A DNA stretch of 64,000 bases from Octopus vulgaris (taxonomy: Eukaryota): NCBI GenBank assembly GCA_951406725.2, contig OX597817.1, positions 83,204,001-83,268,000 on the forward strand. The letters run 5' to 3'. The stretch's first letter is position 1. Every line of letters starts with the position of its first letter. The notes beneath the pieces were generated by a model. That model saw only the letters and a program-made list of their open reading frames with translations. It was not told the origin of the DNA and searched no databases. Shown in pieces: positions 25,430-38,412 of this stretch. Both the position numbers and the translations under genes were made by a program.

Positions 25430-25890
25430 TCTATATCTAAGAGATGAGGAATTATGTTCATTATCTACATTTGACGGATATTTGTCCTCATCTTGTTTAG
25501 TGTTAACACAATCTTTCGGCTGATATACCCTCCAGCCTTCATCTTGGGGAAATTTCGAACCTGGGTTGTTATTATTATTATTATTATTTTTATTATTATT
25601 CAGGTCACAGCCTGGAATAGAACTATGAATCTTGGGGTTAATAGCCCGCGCTCTTAACTACTGCGCCAAATGCTCATGAGCAATTTTGGAGTGAATTTTA
25701 GGGCTTATAAATCTAACATTTTCCTATCCTTCCTTAATACCAGTTCCCATATGCTATTCACATATGCACTCGGTCTGATTAGGAGGTTGCTGTGTCCTAG
25801 CGTATGTGCTGCTTCTTTCAGTTTTCGTATTTTCCGGTGGTGTTTTCTGTCTATTATTTTAACTTCATCCGACAGCTGTGCCAAATGTAA
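25430..25890 (-). mobile_element. PLE 3' fragment: GIY-YIG C-terminus plus 3' repeat with tRNA-like segment and hammerhead remnant
   Basis: DEVKIIDRKHHRKIRKLKEAAH...SIWELVL. tRNA-like TGGCGCAGTAGTTAAGAGCGCGGG..GTTCTATTCC at ~25607-25670. GATGA-A-GGCTG..CAGCC-GAAA at 25506-25545. Confidence 0.65.
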
Positions 25891-26379
25891 ATAATGTAAA
25901 TAAGTATGTATGTATATATATCTTTTATCTTTACCTTTTAGTTGTTTTAGCCATTGCACTGCTGTCATGCTGGGGCCATGTCTTAACCAGTTCCATTTCT
26001 GAAGTCGATATTATTAAAATTTGAAGCTATAATATTAATTTTCGAAAATATTTGACAAGATGGAGATTCTGGTATCCACACATGCTCACACACAGTGATA
26101 TGATGTAAGTGATTATACATAGACTCGAAATGCTGTCAGGTTCTCTTGACTAATTTGGGCTCTAGACGTTTACTTCCTCACTTACTACGAGACCACATTG
26201 ACTTACCAGCCGTACCAATTCTCTTTGATCATATGAGCACCTCAGACAGACAACATAATGACAACAGGGTGGACACATCAACTAGTCATAACTAACAAAA
26301 TTGTACCTCCACGTCACTTTGCTACTTCAAGCTCTTTTATGTACCAGTTTCATCCAGCTTAATATTTAGTGTGTGTGTG

Positions 26380-26612
26380 TATACATATATCTATTTGTCT
26401 CTGTCCTTGTGGCTGTGTGTGTTCCCACTACTACAACCAATTGACAACCGGTATTGGTGTATTTGCGCTCAGGAAACTTAGCGGTTCGGCAAAATAAAAA
26501 GATAGAATGAGTACCGGGCTTAAAAAATAAGTACTGGGTTCGATTCATTCGGTTAAAATTTCAAGGCGTTGCCCTGACATGGCCGCAGGCTAATGACTGA
26601 GACAAGTAAAAG
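26380..26612 (+). mobile_element. SINE family A 3' part
   Basis: acttagcggttcggcaaa...catggccgcagg..atgactgagacaagtaaaag matches 47940-48135. Confidence 0.7.
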
Positions 26613-26879
26613 AAAATTGTGTGCATGTATGTATATATATATGTGCATACATACATATACACCCATACATATATTTAGAGAGAGGGGGGGAGAGAAAGAA
26701 ATAAAAGAAAAGAAAAACGACAGACTGTTTATACGATATTTAATTAGATGGTGTGATTGGAATTCTTATTTAAAAAACAGTCATGCTTTGTTTTCTTTTA
26801 TAATTATCCTCTGTGGCACAGACGAACGGAAACTCATGTGAAATTCTGAATATGGTAATCGAGGCACCCTATACATATA

Positions 26880-26917
26880 TAGAAAGATAGATTGATAGAT
26901 AGATAGATAGATAGAAT

Positions 26918-26995
<78 letters not shown>

Positions 26996-27000
26996 CAGAT
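26880..27000. repeat. (GATA)n microsatellite
   Basis: Direct inspection; another lies at 30060-30165. Confidence 0.95.
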
Positions 27001-27343
27001 AGTATACACATGACCATAAATGCTCCTGAAAATACACCACAGAGCAATTGATATCCAATATATATATATATGAATATATGTTATATATATATAAGCCTCG
27101 AACACGCATGCACACACACAAACAAGCAATTAGACACCCACACATTCATATTGATTTGACTTTTTTCTAAAATACTTTAAATAAGAAAATTTATATTTTT
27201 GATTAAAAAAAATACTTAAATTCATTAATAATAAAGGATATCATTTACTGATTGGAAAACTAATTTATCTAGAATAATTATGTAAATTTGGAGAGTATTT
27301 TGAATAACATGTTTACCCTGAAAAGAAAAAAAATATCAAAGTT

Positions 27344-27470
27344 TTGAACTCGACGGAGAAAGTAATAGAATTTAGACGGCCTAATTTAGTAGTAGTCGAC
27401 AAAGAGAATAGAAAGTGCCATATAATTTGCTTTACTGTCCCAAATGATAAGAAAGTCAATATTGGTATTA
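27344..27470 (+). mobile_element. Restriction-like endonuclease fragment of an R4/Dong-type non-LTR retrotransposon
   Basis: TEKVIEFRRPNLVVVDKENRKCHIICFTVPND (cf. TDxxIxxRRPDIVVxDKxxKxCxIIDxAVP). Confidence 0.6.
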
Positions 27471-27619
27471 AAAGGTCACAGCTGTTTCAGTTTGTTATTT
27501 TTGAAGTAAATTTGCATTTATCTCGTTCTATGTAACAAGTATCGTCAGAATGATTTATAGTTTATAAGACAGGAGAAAAAGAAAAAAGGAAAAGAAAAAG
27601 GAAAAAGGTTCATTAAGTC

Positions 27620-27860
27620 TTTCGGCTTACAGTTTTGTGTCCTTTAAGATTGCGCCTACACCTTAGATCCATTATAACGCCTGCTGTAGATTTTTAAACC
27701 AGTCAATGTTTTGAAAAGACTCCCACATAGATTGCATATTTTATCTAGACCAAGAGCTGCAGTTAAGTTCTGATCTTTGTGCATCTTAATATGTCTTTTC
27801 AGGCCTCCGTTAGATTTGCAGACCTTATAACTAGAATAGAGATATATACTTTCATCATTA
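27620..27860 (-). mobile_element. LINE (RTE-like) C-terminal C2H2 zinc-finger fragment
   Basis: KVCKSNGGLKRHIKMH...CNLCGSLFKTLTGLKI; degenerate tandem C2H2 with no splice context. Confidence 0.45.
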
Positions 27861-29117
27861 GATTCTCTTACCTTCAGTATCATAATACTAAAGTTCAAAA
27901 AAAATTTTAGCTCCAGATTTTTATTAATATTCTATGCCTTTAGTATTCCTGTTGTTGGCGAGTAAGAAAAATTAGTACGGATTATTTCAGATGAATATAG
28001 TTGGAGTATCGATAGAAAAAGACAAAACTTCAAAGCTGATATGGTACATTTAGTGGCATTGTTGATGATCGTATGCTCTAATATTGAGCAACAACGTATC
28101 AGAATTCAGTTGGAGTTATCACCAAATATGTCTATGAATCTAATAAATGTATAAAAAAAAATCTCGAATGCATCTTATATCGAAATTATGTGTTTTTTTG
28201 TGATTACTCGATTCTTCAACCGGTTCAGAAAAGTCAGGTTGCTGTCAAATTTTGCTATGCATATAGTAATGCACTAGGATTTCATATAATGTGTTTGAAG
28301 TTAACATGTTTGATATAAAATCAAACGGGCGCTTTTTATAAACAGCGAAATATATCCAGCTTTCCAAACTATTATAACTAAATCCAGTTTGTTCCGCCAA
28401 CAGAATAGACTAAGGGTGCACGCTATTTAGTATCTAGACACACATGAATTCTTCATGATAAACTTTAGTTTTTGTGATAAATATGTTCATTCACTTAGTT
28501 TCAGTGCTAATCAGAATCTTATTAGGGTAATGTCCAACTTTTATGCGAAATACGTGTAAATGTTGAAGTGTTAACATCGTTTAAAAAGTCAAGATTAAGT
28601 CATATAATTTACAATTTTCGAATTCTATACAGATCTTTTTGAAGAATATATTTCGATTTCATTGTAAGTTTTGTTTACATATTTAACACAAGAGTCAGAG
28701 AGGTTACTTGAAATTGTATAAAAATATAAATATAACTTGATTTAGGATTAGAATTAATACGCATTAAATTTGTACGTTTCAGATTCCCATCATACATAAC
28801 CGAGTGACACTAGCAGTAGTAAATCTTACTAAATTCATTCGTTGCAAATATCCTCAAGCGCTTTCGTTTCGAACTTTGCCACAAATGTAAGACAAGCTTT
28901 AGGAAAGAAATATCTGTCGGGAGCAACAAGCGTTATTTTAAGTCTGGAAAATATAAGAGAACAGGAAAGAACATTTTGAGCAATTAAGAAAGGTTAGTGA
29001 GAGACATAGGCTCTTTACGCACAGAACATACATATGAATATATAAAATATAATATAGTACACACACACACAAACACATATACATATATATATATATATAT
29101 ATACTTGCATACATATA

Positions 29118-29160
<43 letters not shown>

Positions 29161-29161
<1 letters not shown>

Positions 29162-29349
29162 GTGGTGAGTAAGCAGGCTCATTACCGCCCCGAGCAAAAT
29201 ACTTAGTGGGATTTCGTCCGTCTTTACTCTCTGAGTTCAAATTTCACCATGGCCGACTTTATCTTTCATCTTTTCGGGATCGGTAAGATATGCAACAATT
29301 AAGCATTGGGGTTGATGTAATCGACTGGCTCCTGTCCCCAAAATTGCTG
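29161..29349 (+). mobile_element. SINE family B
   Basis: ctgagttcaaatttcaccatggccgactttatctttcatc...gatgtaatcgact. Confidence 0.65.
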
Positions 29350-29356
29350 CATTGTT

Positions 29357-29861
29357 TTTGAGGAGGGCTGAAAAGTATCAACTTTATTTTTTCCCTGCCA
29401 AAACTAATAGTGTCTGAGCAAAATCCTTTGAGTAGGAGGTGACACCAATCTTCTGGCGCATGCAAGAAAATTTTCACACCCAGAGTCAGACATGCAATTC
29501 GTGCCCGTCGGATTTTCGCTTTCACCGTACTCACCGAGTATAATTATTGCATCATGTTTTACCAATATCTTAGTGATACTCAAGCTCATACCATTTAAAG
29601 GATCAGGCAGATCTCAGGGATGATATCATAGGCAGCACTCAGATCAAAGAGTTGTATAACGGCTTCGAACATAGCCACATTTTTGTGCAGGGCGAGGAAC
29701 GCCAGACATCTACAAACCGAAACGAGAGCTGATTGAGAGCAAATTGCTCACGAACTGGGAATAAGCACACAATAACTACATTCTACGTTAACGGGGCACT
29801 CACGCAGCATTAGTTTCAGCGGGAAAAAATAAAGTTGGACACTCTTTGATCGCACCTCAAA
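29357..29861 (+). mobile_element. Internally deleted mariner (MITE-like) with ~50-bp TIRs
   Basis: tttgagg..aactttattttttccctgccaaaactaat / attagtttcagcgggaaaaaataaagttgg..cctcaaa; internal transposase N-terminal remnant. Confidence 0.65.
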
Positions 29862-30078
29862 TATGCACGAAAATGTATGTGTATGTATATATATATATAT
29901 ATGTATGTATGCATGTATGTATGCGCATATACATACATATATATGCATAAATACATACATACATGTATATAGATACACATACATACATATATATACCTAC
30001 ATACACGTACACACATATATATACATACCTATATATGTGTATACATATATATATATATAGAGAGAGATAGATAGATAT

Positions 30079-30148
<70 letters not shown>

Positions 30149-30266
30149 GGATAGATATATAGATATCCGGTCATTTCAAAAATGTAACTATACATGGACT
30201 GTTGACGATTTTTTTTCTTCCTTCTTCCTTTACCTCTGAACTCTCCGATAATTCCAGTTTCCGAAG

Positions 30267-30341
<75 letters not shown>

Positions 30342-30483
30342 TAAGTTATATATATACATGTATATATGCATGTATGTATGTATGTATGCATGTATGTATT
30401 AGGTATGTATTATTTTAGATATATATATATATATATATATAATAATAAATCTCTTAACGAGATATAAACAGTAACTGCTCGAC

Positions 30484-30699
30484 AACGTAAGGGGGATCAG
30501 CCATCTGAATGTGGCTAGGGACATGTAGCATCCGTATCTTCGGGGAGGATAACCTCCCTTTACAGGCAAACGAGGACACCGATATGGTGTCAGTCCTTCT
30601 GGTGACGTTGATGATCGCCTGGGGCTAAAAGCATCAGTAACACCCCTACCACCCCGCCCTGTCCCTAGCCACATTCAGATAGCTGATCCCCCTTACGTT
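30484..30699. mobile_element. 216-bp GC-rich element with 40-bp terminal inverted repeats
   Basis: aacgtaagggggatcagccatctgaatgtggctagggaca (30484-30523) vs its reverse complement at 30660-30699; one mismatch. Confidence 0.85.
30532..30645 (-). ncRNA. HDV-like ribozyme candidate
   Basis: Minus strand: P2 CCATATC/GATACGG, P3 GGTG/TGCC, L3 TCCTCGT, GG, P4 GAGG-TTAT-CCTC, J4/2 CGAA. P1 pairing is imperfect. Confidence 0.5.
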
Positions 30700-30723
30700 A
30701 TATGTATATATATATATATATAT

Positions 30724-30870
30724 AGGCGCAGGAGTGGCTGTGTGATAGGAAAGCTTGCTTCCCAACCACATGTCTCCGAGTTCATTTCCACTGCGTGGCA
30801 CTTTGGGCAAGTGTCTTCTACTAAAGCCGTGTAAGTGGATTTGGTAGACAGAAACTGAAAGAGGTACGTC

Positions 30871-30872
<2 letters not shown>
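30724..30872 (+). mobile_element. tRNA-derived SINE family A (5' part)
   Basis: ggcgcaggagtggctgtgtg...ccactgcgtggcactttgggcaagtgtcttc. Confidence 0.8.
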
Positions 30873-30905
<33 letters not shown>

Positions 30906-31299
30906 ATGGTATGCACAGTTGCAAAAATTAAAATATATGAAATTTATGGTTATGTGACCTCCTCCCCCGTACCCCTTGCATACACACCCTCCACAATTAA
31001 ATAACCTAATTTTGTAAAGTAATCTATAGCACATATACACTAAATTGCTTACAGATATGAATCAATTGATCATATTTCACTGTAGAAACCTTGTTTAAAA
31101 CACTGAGATATAAGATAAATGGTAGCTAGGTAACCATCCAACACGGTAAAATTACAACTTTTCAATGTGTTAAATGATTTTCTTTTGTTTTTCTTTTGTT
31201 TTTCAGATTATTTCAGAGCTAAACTGTATTATAATTTTACAAAAATAGCTACATAAATTTAAACTGTAATGATTTAAGTATATAAATCTATATAATGGC

Positions 31300-32110
31300 A
31301 ACTACAAGTAAAAGCCGTAATTCAGCATTTGTATTTCCTGCATAATTTCTTACAGTAATGACCACATCAAAGGCTGATGTATTCCGATATTATCTAGGAT
31401 TTCAAAAATTTCACTCACAGCGAAACCAGGCAACTGCATTGTTGCTGCAGATGTGCAAACAATGTGGAACAAATTTTCTTTCCCTTATATTGGGTTTGAG
31501 GGGACAGCTCTAAAAATTGAGAAATTGATTGAATTTACTTATAAATTAAACATGATACCTATCAAGCAAAGAGGAGATAATTTTGATAAGAAATCAGAGA
31601 AGTTCAATGAAATGTTTGATATATACACCTGCACGTGTTATGGCAAACAAATAAAAAGATTTGAGTGTAGGTGTGACACAAGAGTACCAATAATGGAATG
31701 GAAATAATTTCTTGCACAGAAAAAAAAACACTTCCTCAGTTAAGACCTCTAGATAGAGTAATAACTTCAGTTAGAAAAAGAACAGCAGAAAGAGCGCAAA
31801 CATTTGAAAACAGGAAGACAAATATGAGATTACACATGGACGTTGCTTCAATTAGTTATCAGTGCCCTGTGATATTAATGAAGATAGTTGTGACTCATGT
31901 GACAAGGATGACGATGTCATCGACTTTGTTCTTCACAATGAACACAGACTTACTTATGAAAATCTAGCCATCACAGCAAATAGATATCGGGTAAGTTGCA
32001 GGGATTCCAACAACAGTTTCTTTCAGGGATTAGGGGATTGCATGTAATTTATCAAAAGATACATAGATGATATTTAACCAATACAAAGTTAATAGCACTA
32101 AAACAAATTT
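31300..32110 (+). mobile_element. Decayed DNA transposase N-terminal region (possibly hATm-like)
   Basis: MFDIYTCTC...ECRCDTRVPIMEW and ENLAITANRYRVSCR resemble the FDIxxCKC..CxC..KVP / DRYGVSDR motifs; frameshifted. Confidence 0.45.
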
Positions 32111-32248
32111 ACAGTTCCTGAAATGTTCAGTATTGGAAACGTGGAATTAGTGGGGAAGGGCTGTGTAAGGGGGAGAGGTGGTCACATACTTTTTAGAATT
32201 TGCTAATTTACTACTCACACAAAAATGAACACCAAGCAATGCATAAGT

Positions 32249-32292
<44 letters not shown>

Positions 32293-32573
32293 TATATTTG
32301 TGTGTCTGTGTTTGTCCGCCACCATCGTTTGACAACCCATGTTGGTCTGTTTACGTCCCGTAACTTAGCATATATATATATGAATACCCTTTTACTATTT
32401 TACTTTTTTCAGGCATTTGACTGCGGCCTTGCTGGGGCATCCGGACGAATATATCTTCTTCCTTTAATAGGAATTTTGCCATAGATTTCTAATGCCTTTT
32501 TATCATACATTATTTACGAAATATTATCGTATAGGTATGAAAGTATGTAAACGAATAATCAATTTAAGACTTC

Positions 32574-33076
32574 ATTTATTAAACAAAGTTCAATAAATTT
32601 CATCAAATAAATAAAATGAAGCGCATTAGATGTTAAGATTGATTATCCTTTTATTTCATAATACCAGACAATTGTTTCTGACAATAGGATCTAGATTTCC
32701 ATACAGAAAACATCACAAAGGTATGAAGAAGTCAAGAATTAATTATTTGATATTTAAACCGGCAAGTATTTTAATGTCTTAGTCTCGATCTAATAATCGT
32801 GAGTGAAAGAATGTATATACAAATACCTAAATAATAATGATAAAGTAAGAAAAAGAATCAATGTATATTTTAAACGTCTTTTTGATTATTTTCTTTTAAA
32901 TCTCACCTAGTCAAGAATACAAATTCGACCTTTCTGATGTTCTCTTTATGGAAATCTTGGTCCTTTTGTCAGAAACAATTGTATGAGATTATGAAATAAA
33001 ATGATAATCCATTTTAACATCTGATCTGCTTCATTTTATTTATTGGAAGAGATTTATTGAACTTAGTTTGATAAAT
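32574..33076. mobile_element. Foldback/MITE with ~150-bp diverged inverted arms
   Basis: Left aaagttcaataaat..atgaagcgcattagatgttaa..tttcataat..acaattgtttctgaca; right tgtcagaaacaattgt..attatgaaa..ttaacatctgatctgcttcat..atttattgaactt. Confidence 0.8.
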
Positions 33077-33086
33077 TCTTATAATG

Positions 33087-33124
<38 letters not shown>

Positions 33125-33156
33125 TATACTTATTCATACATATGTATATTAATGTC

Positions 33157-33193
<37 letters not shown>

Positions 33194-33198
<5 letters not shown>

Positions 33199-33402
33199 AT
33201 CGAAACATGAAAACACAAAGAGAAAGCACAACAACGCGAGGACGTGGAACAAGTATAGTGTTACTGGACGCTCAGGAAACGAAAGAAAGAAGGAGGATTT
33301 AACGTCTCGAGCGGAGCTCTTCGTCAGAAACATAGGAAAAGGAAAGATCCAGGGAATGAAAGACAGAGGAAAAAAATCGCCAACGGTACACACGCAGCCA
33401 CA
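33194..33402 (-). mobile_element. ~200-bp hammerhead-bearing repeat between TA tracts (copy 1; HHR 33298-33330)
   Basis: Minus strand: TTT-CTGACGA-A-GAGC TCC GCTC-GAGA-CGTT-AAA; homologous to 63116-63303. Confidence 0.7.
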
Positions 33403-33460
33403 TATATATAATGTTTGCCTGGCGTCCTGATAGAGAGCTTATAAAATATTTTGCCCGGAT

Positions 33461-33655
33461 CGAGGGCATGCTGAAAAGTTCTTGGCTTTAAGTGTATTAT
33501 AAAAGATCTGGTTTGAGGCCCAAACTTCCGAGTTCTTTTACAAAGCTTAGAAAAACTGAAGGACAGCTGCAATAAGTGTGAGAATCTGAGAGAGGCATAT
33601 GCTGAATAATATCATGATTAACTGATTCTCCTGTATTTTATTTTGCCCAAAGCTA
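33461..33655 (+). mobile_element. Mariner-derived mini element
   Basis: cgagggcatgctgaaaagttc TIR-like start fused to the transposase end LEKLKDSCNKCENLREAYAE*. Confidence 0.55.
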
Positions 33656-36600
33656 ATACAGCTGTATGTAGGAAAACTGCTTCTGTAAGCAGTGTTTTTA
33701 GATGAATTAGCGGACACATTAATTCTTATTGTTTATAAATTAATCTATTGGTATTTTCTTGAAGTTTTCGATAGATAAATTATTGAATTATAGAAATAGC
33801 TCCTGCTTCCTCCTGCTGTGTGACACGTATTCCAACTTGGTTGAAAAGCCTAAGAATATATGCTATGAAAACCGCGTACTATCTCTTAAATCTCTTATTC
33901 ATTTGTTGGCAGTTTCAGCAGTATTTTATTTCATTAACTTAAGTAAGACTACCACGTAGCTGGTTATGATGCTCAAAAGTAATGAGGTGTATGGCTACGT
34001 TGCATTTTATACTCTTTACCTATTTATACTCTGTACCTGGGAATTGGATTTTTAACAGCATACTCGCACTGAAGTTCTTCTTATGGGTACCTGCATTGTC
34101 ATAAATGTTATTATCACGATATACTCATATGGGTTATAGTTTCAAGAAAAAAACTATAATAATAATAAATACGAAAGTTATTTAGAAAGCCATAGCAAAA
34201 TTCTCTTTTTTATTAATATACATTGTTCCGGCTTTAAAAAAACTTCTAAGTAAATCTGACATATATTATGAATAAATACATTTACTCACAAAATTTGTTG
34301 TTGAGATCATAATTATAAAATCATACATTCTAAATAAACATACTACAATCGGTGCCGAAATTTTCAGGTAACTTTCCATTTATTTTAATATATAGCAAGA
34401 TGATATAAAATAACGTTTATCACAATACACTCATAAAAACTACATTTTTATTTTTCATCTATGAAACTACTTTGATGTTTCCTACGACTTTGAACTTTTT
34501 TTTCATGCAAATGTGGCTAACAAACTATTCTGAAATATAGGTTAATAATGAAGTCTTTTTTTTACAATCCAGAAGCTGAAGATGTATAGCAGCTAAGTTT
34601 TGGAAACCACTGTGGAATGTAGAATCCTTCTAGGACTTTAAAGATCCCTAAGTAATTCTTGCTAAACGCAGCCTTAATTATGGTATCATCACTTACTTAT
34701 TTGAACATTTACTTCCGGCGGCATTCACCCGGGGCGTGTTGAACCGGTTCCGACCAACGAGTTCACGAAGTTCTCCACGAATGCTTACCATATCTGACGA
34801 TCGGTCGCAGTCAAAGTAATGTTTTTGCCTACGGTCCAAAACTTTAGCTTCCACATATTTGACAAGTGCCCCACTGGGAGAGCGAGGGCATCGGACAGAG
34901 TGGACACCGTATCCGCAGCCGTCATTCACCGTTGAAGTGTAGGGCATATGTTCGGAGTTTCACCGTAAAGACAAGGTCAGATGTGGTCCGCAGGCATATG
35001 CATACACACTTTTGGATAGGATGATCAGTAGCAGCTCATCTTGCCATCGATTGTTGACCATCGCTGAGGATTCGCTGACAAAGTCACCGCCGATTATTGG
35101 AGCAGACGCAGCCTGAATGCATTTGAAGCAGATTCTAGAGACATATTTTAACAAAAGGTAATGGGTGCCTAATTTTCAGTAGTCTTCCTGCAAACCGGAC
35201 GTCAACCCAGAATTTCTGAGGGCCAGTGCTATTGTTAGTTAGTGGTTGAACCTACTCCAGATTCATCCGTCTTTTTGCTTTTAGGCCTGTTGTGTTTCTA
35301 GCAATCCTCCTCAACAGGAAACCTTAGTGGTGGTGCCGGTTAATTAGCCGACGAGCCAGTTATGCAACAAATCGTACTAGGATCTATGTTACCCTTAGCG
35401 CTTCTGGCAGACCTCAGAAATGAGCTGATGCAATATGATATGACTGCATCATAAGTGTCAGCATAAAGGATCAGACGTAAATGGATTAGAATTTAACATG
35501 ATACTTGCAGTAACGCATTTATAATTTAAGTGCAGCTATGAGATTCCTTGTCTGTACTAGTGTTTTCGAATTCAATGACGGACCAGACTACATCTTCTGT
35601 AATGCCTTCCAAACAAATTTGAGATGACCAGCATTACCAAAGAAGCTATCAGCACACAACTATGCAACAAAACTACCTTCCTTATAAGTAAGGGCCAACC
35701 AGTTTTCCTTGATTCACCTTTTCTGTTGCAATACTGAATAAAACAACAAAATACTGCTTGTATGCATGTTAGTAGAATAACAGTAACATTTCAAATTTGA
35801 TCGAAACGGCTCATTGGAAGCAGTTTTGTACAGAGTTAAGAATAATTCAAAAACTGTGTTCAGTGTTAAGAGCAAAGCTGCATATGAATTACACTTGGGA
35901 TCATGGTTTTGTTGTCTGGTGCTAGAGTGCTGACTTCAAAATTCATTTTGATGAATCACGTCGAGATCTACAAATTCAAATGTCCGTTTTTCAATATTTT
36001 AAGTATCGTCACCGTTTCTAAAGAGAGGCTAGGCTTCAGCAAAAGCAGACCTATGTATGGAGCTTTGTAAACATAACTTTGTAAACGGAGTTCTTCGAAA
36101 TCTTTTAAGGTAAACGCAACTAGAAAACTGAAAACAAAAGTCATGATTTAATTATCTTTAGTAAATGAAAAAAAGTCAAACATGAGCAACTTTCACTATT
36201 TTCAATCTAACCAGTTTTAAATGTCATGATGATTACAGCAATGTTCTTTATACTAATTTTCAAATGAAAAAGTATTTATTACCTCAAAATAAAAAAAAGA
36301 AATTCTCATTTGTTTATTTACAATAAATATCTTATTATTTTTCTATATCTTATCAACCTAATCTCAATTTATTCTATAGAAAAATACATATGTATTTTTC
36401 AGTAAGTTATAAGACATTCACCCGGCACCTGTTATGTTAACTTTCTCTTTTTATCTATCGTTTGCTCTCCCCGTTCTATATGTTGTAATGCAGGTTATCG
36501 GGTATCCGAAACAACCGGCCACAGTAACTATTTGCCTTTTTACTTCTAGAAATATATATTTGTAAAATTGTGGCATATCTCAGAATTTCCCCTGTTCGAG

Positions 36601-37554
36601 AAATGAGATTTTTGCCAAAAAACTTAATAAAAAATTTGTAATTGACAATGATTCTTACTTGGAAGGTAATGCCAAAACAGTACATCATTTGACCCGTACT
36701 CCTCAATTCACGAAATACTTTGAAAACTACGTGACTAACAAATTTTATTGAAGTTAATGTTGTCAGTATCTATCAAATTGAAATACGATTTCATCGACTA
36801 CAAAAATATCTTACATTATATATGTTCTAATCAATCAAAATACATTACTAATTTCGAATCATGACATCACGTATTATATTTGTTACTAAGATAATTCAAA
36901 TCAATATACAATCATATATGTATACAGGTGTAAATCTGTGAGTGTGTGCTTGTTGAGCTTCGCTATATTTTTTTTATATTTCTATTTTCGTTATAACTAA
37001 GAAAAAAAAACAAGCAGTTTATGTAACGAAAATACACATAGTATGCCTATTTCGTAAAACCTATGCAGAATCTCAGTAACAAACGAAATCTTCGGCAATA
37101 ATATGTCATTCCTTAATATAATATTCTTTCTGTCACACGTTTGCAAAGAACAAGTAAATTCAAACACTATACAAGAACTTACTGCGTCATCTTCTTTGCA
37201 AGTAGCAATGTTATTAGCAAGGACCTTCAGGCAAGAGTTTGGTCTCGTATCGCAGCATAAAGGTTTGTATGATTTTTCGAATATCTGATTATACTACAGA
37301 ACTAAATCTATCTTAAATGGAATTAGGCACAAACACCAAGTTATGTACATATATACATACATAACTATATGTGCATACATTCATACACACACACACATAC
37401 TTATATATTTGTATGTATATAAATACAAATATGTAGATATGAAGGTATACACACACACATACATACACATAAATATCTATATGCATATATGGAATGTAAT
37501 CAGCTTCTTTCTTTGAATGTGTAATGACTTTGCAAATATATGAAGCCAGAGAGA

Positions 37555-37621
<67 letters not shown>

Positions 37622-37784
37622 ATGTATGTATGTATGTATATATATATATGTATATATATAATATAATATAAATAAAATATATATATAATATATATAATAT
37701 ATATACATATATATATATGCATATATGCATTTATACATACATATATGTACATACATCTATACGAATATATAAATGCATATGTGG

Positions 37785-38412
37785 GTACAGGACGTCAGGA
37801 AACGTGTACAACAAAAACATACGAAATACGAGTACATGGAATATGAACTATTTTTTCGAACACCGAAAGTCACATATGGAAAACAAGACAAACAACATAA
37901 AGAACGACCCTTCACCAGTTGTTGGCTGTTTTTCTACACTCGTATTTCGAGCATTTAACAACAATATACTGCTTCGATAAAACAGCTACTCCCGCAAAGG
38001 AAATTAAATAAAATTTGGGATTTTACAGAGGGTCAAAATTGGGAACACAAACAGGACAGCGAAAACAAACAGGAAGGGCTCCTAAGCCTAAACGAGGTAG
38101 TGGTGAACGCGTAAATCAAGCTTGGACAGGAGACAGACAAGAACACGTTTTCCTTGTGTCAGCTACAACGGACGGAAAGAAACACAAGTTAGGAGAAGAA
38201 AGGACGATGGTCGGTGGTCACGTGGGAGCAGCGTGAACAAGGGAGTAGGAGTGAGGGAGAGAGAGTGATAGAGTATGAGGATAGAATATTGGGAGAAGCG
38301 GAGGTAAAATAATAAGAGAGAGAAAGAGAGAAAAACGAAAGAGTAAAAATATCGTATAGAGTGCGCATCAGAATTACTGAGATAAAACTTACTTGGAAGA
38401 GGATGCTTGGCG
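37785..38412 (-). repeat. PLE-terminal-repeat-like interspersed element
   Basis: Shares gacgatggtc..gtcacgtg, a purine-rich tract and aaacttacttggaa..ggatgc with 25090-25400. Confidence 0.5.

Noticed and set aside
36420-36740. Potential minus-strand exons with AG/GTAAGA signals
   Set aside because: Peptides are unrecognisable; such signals are expected by chance.
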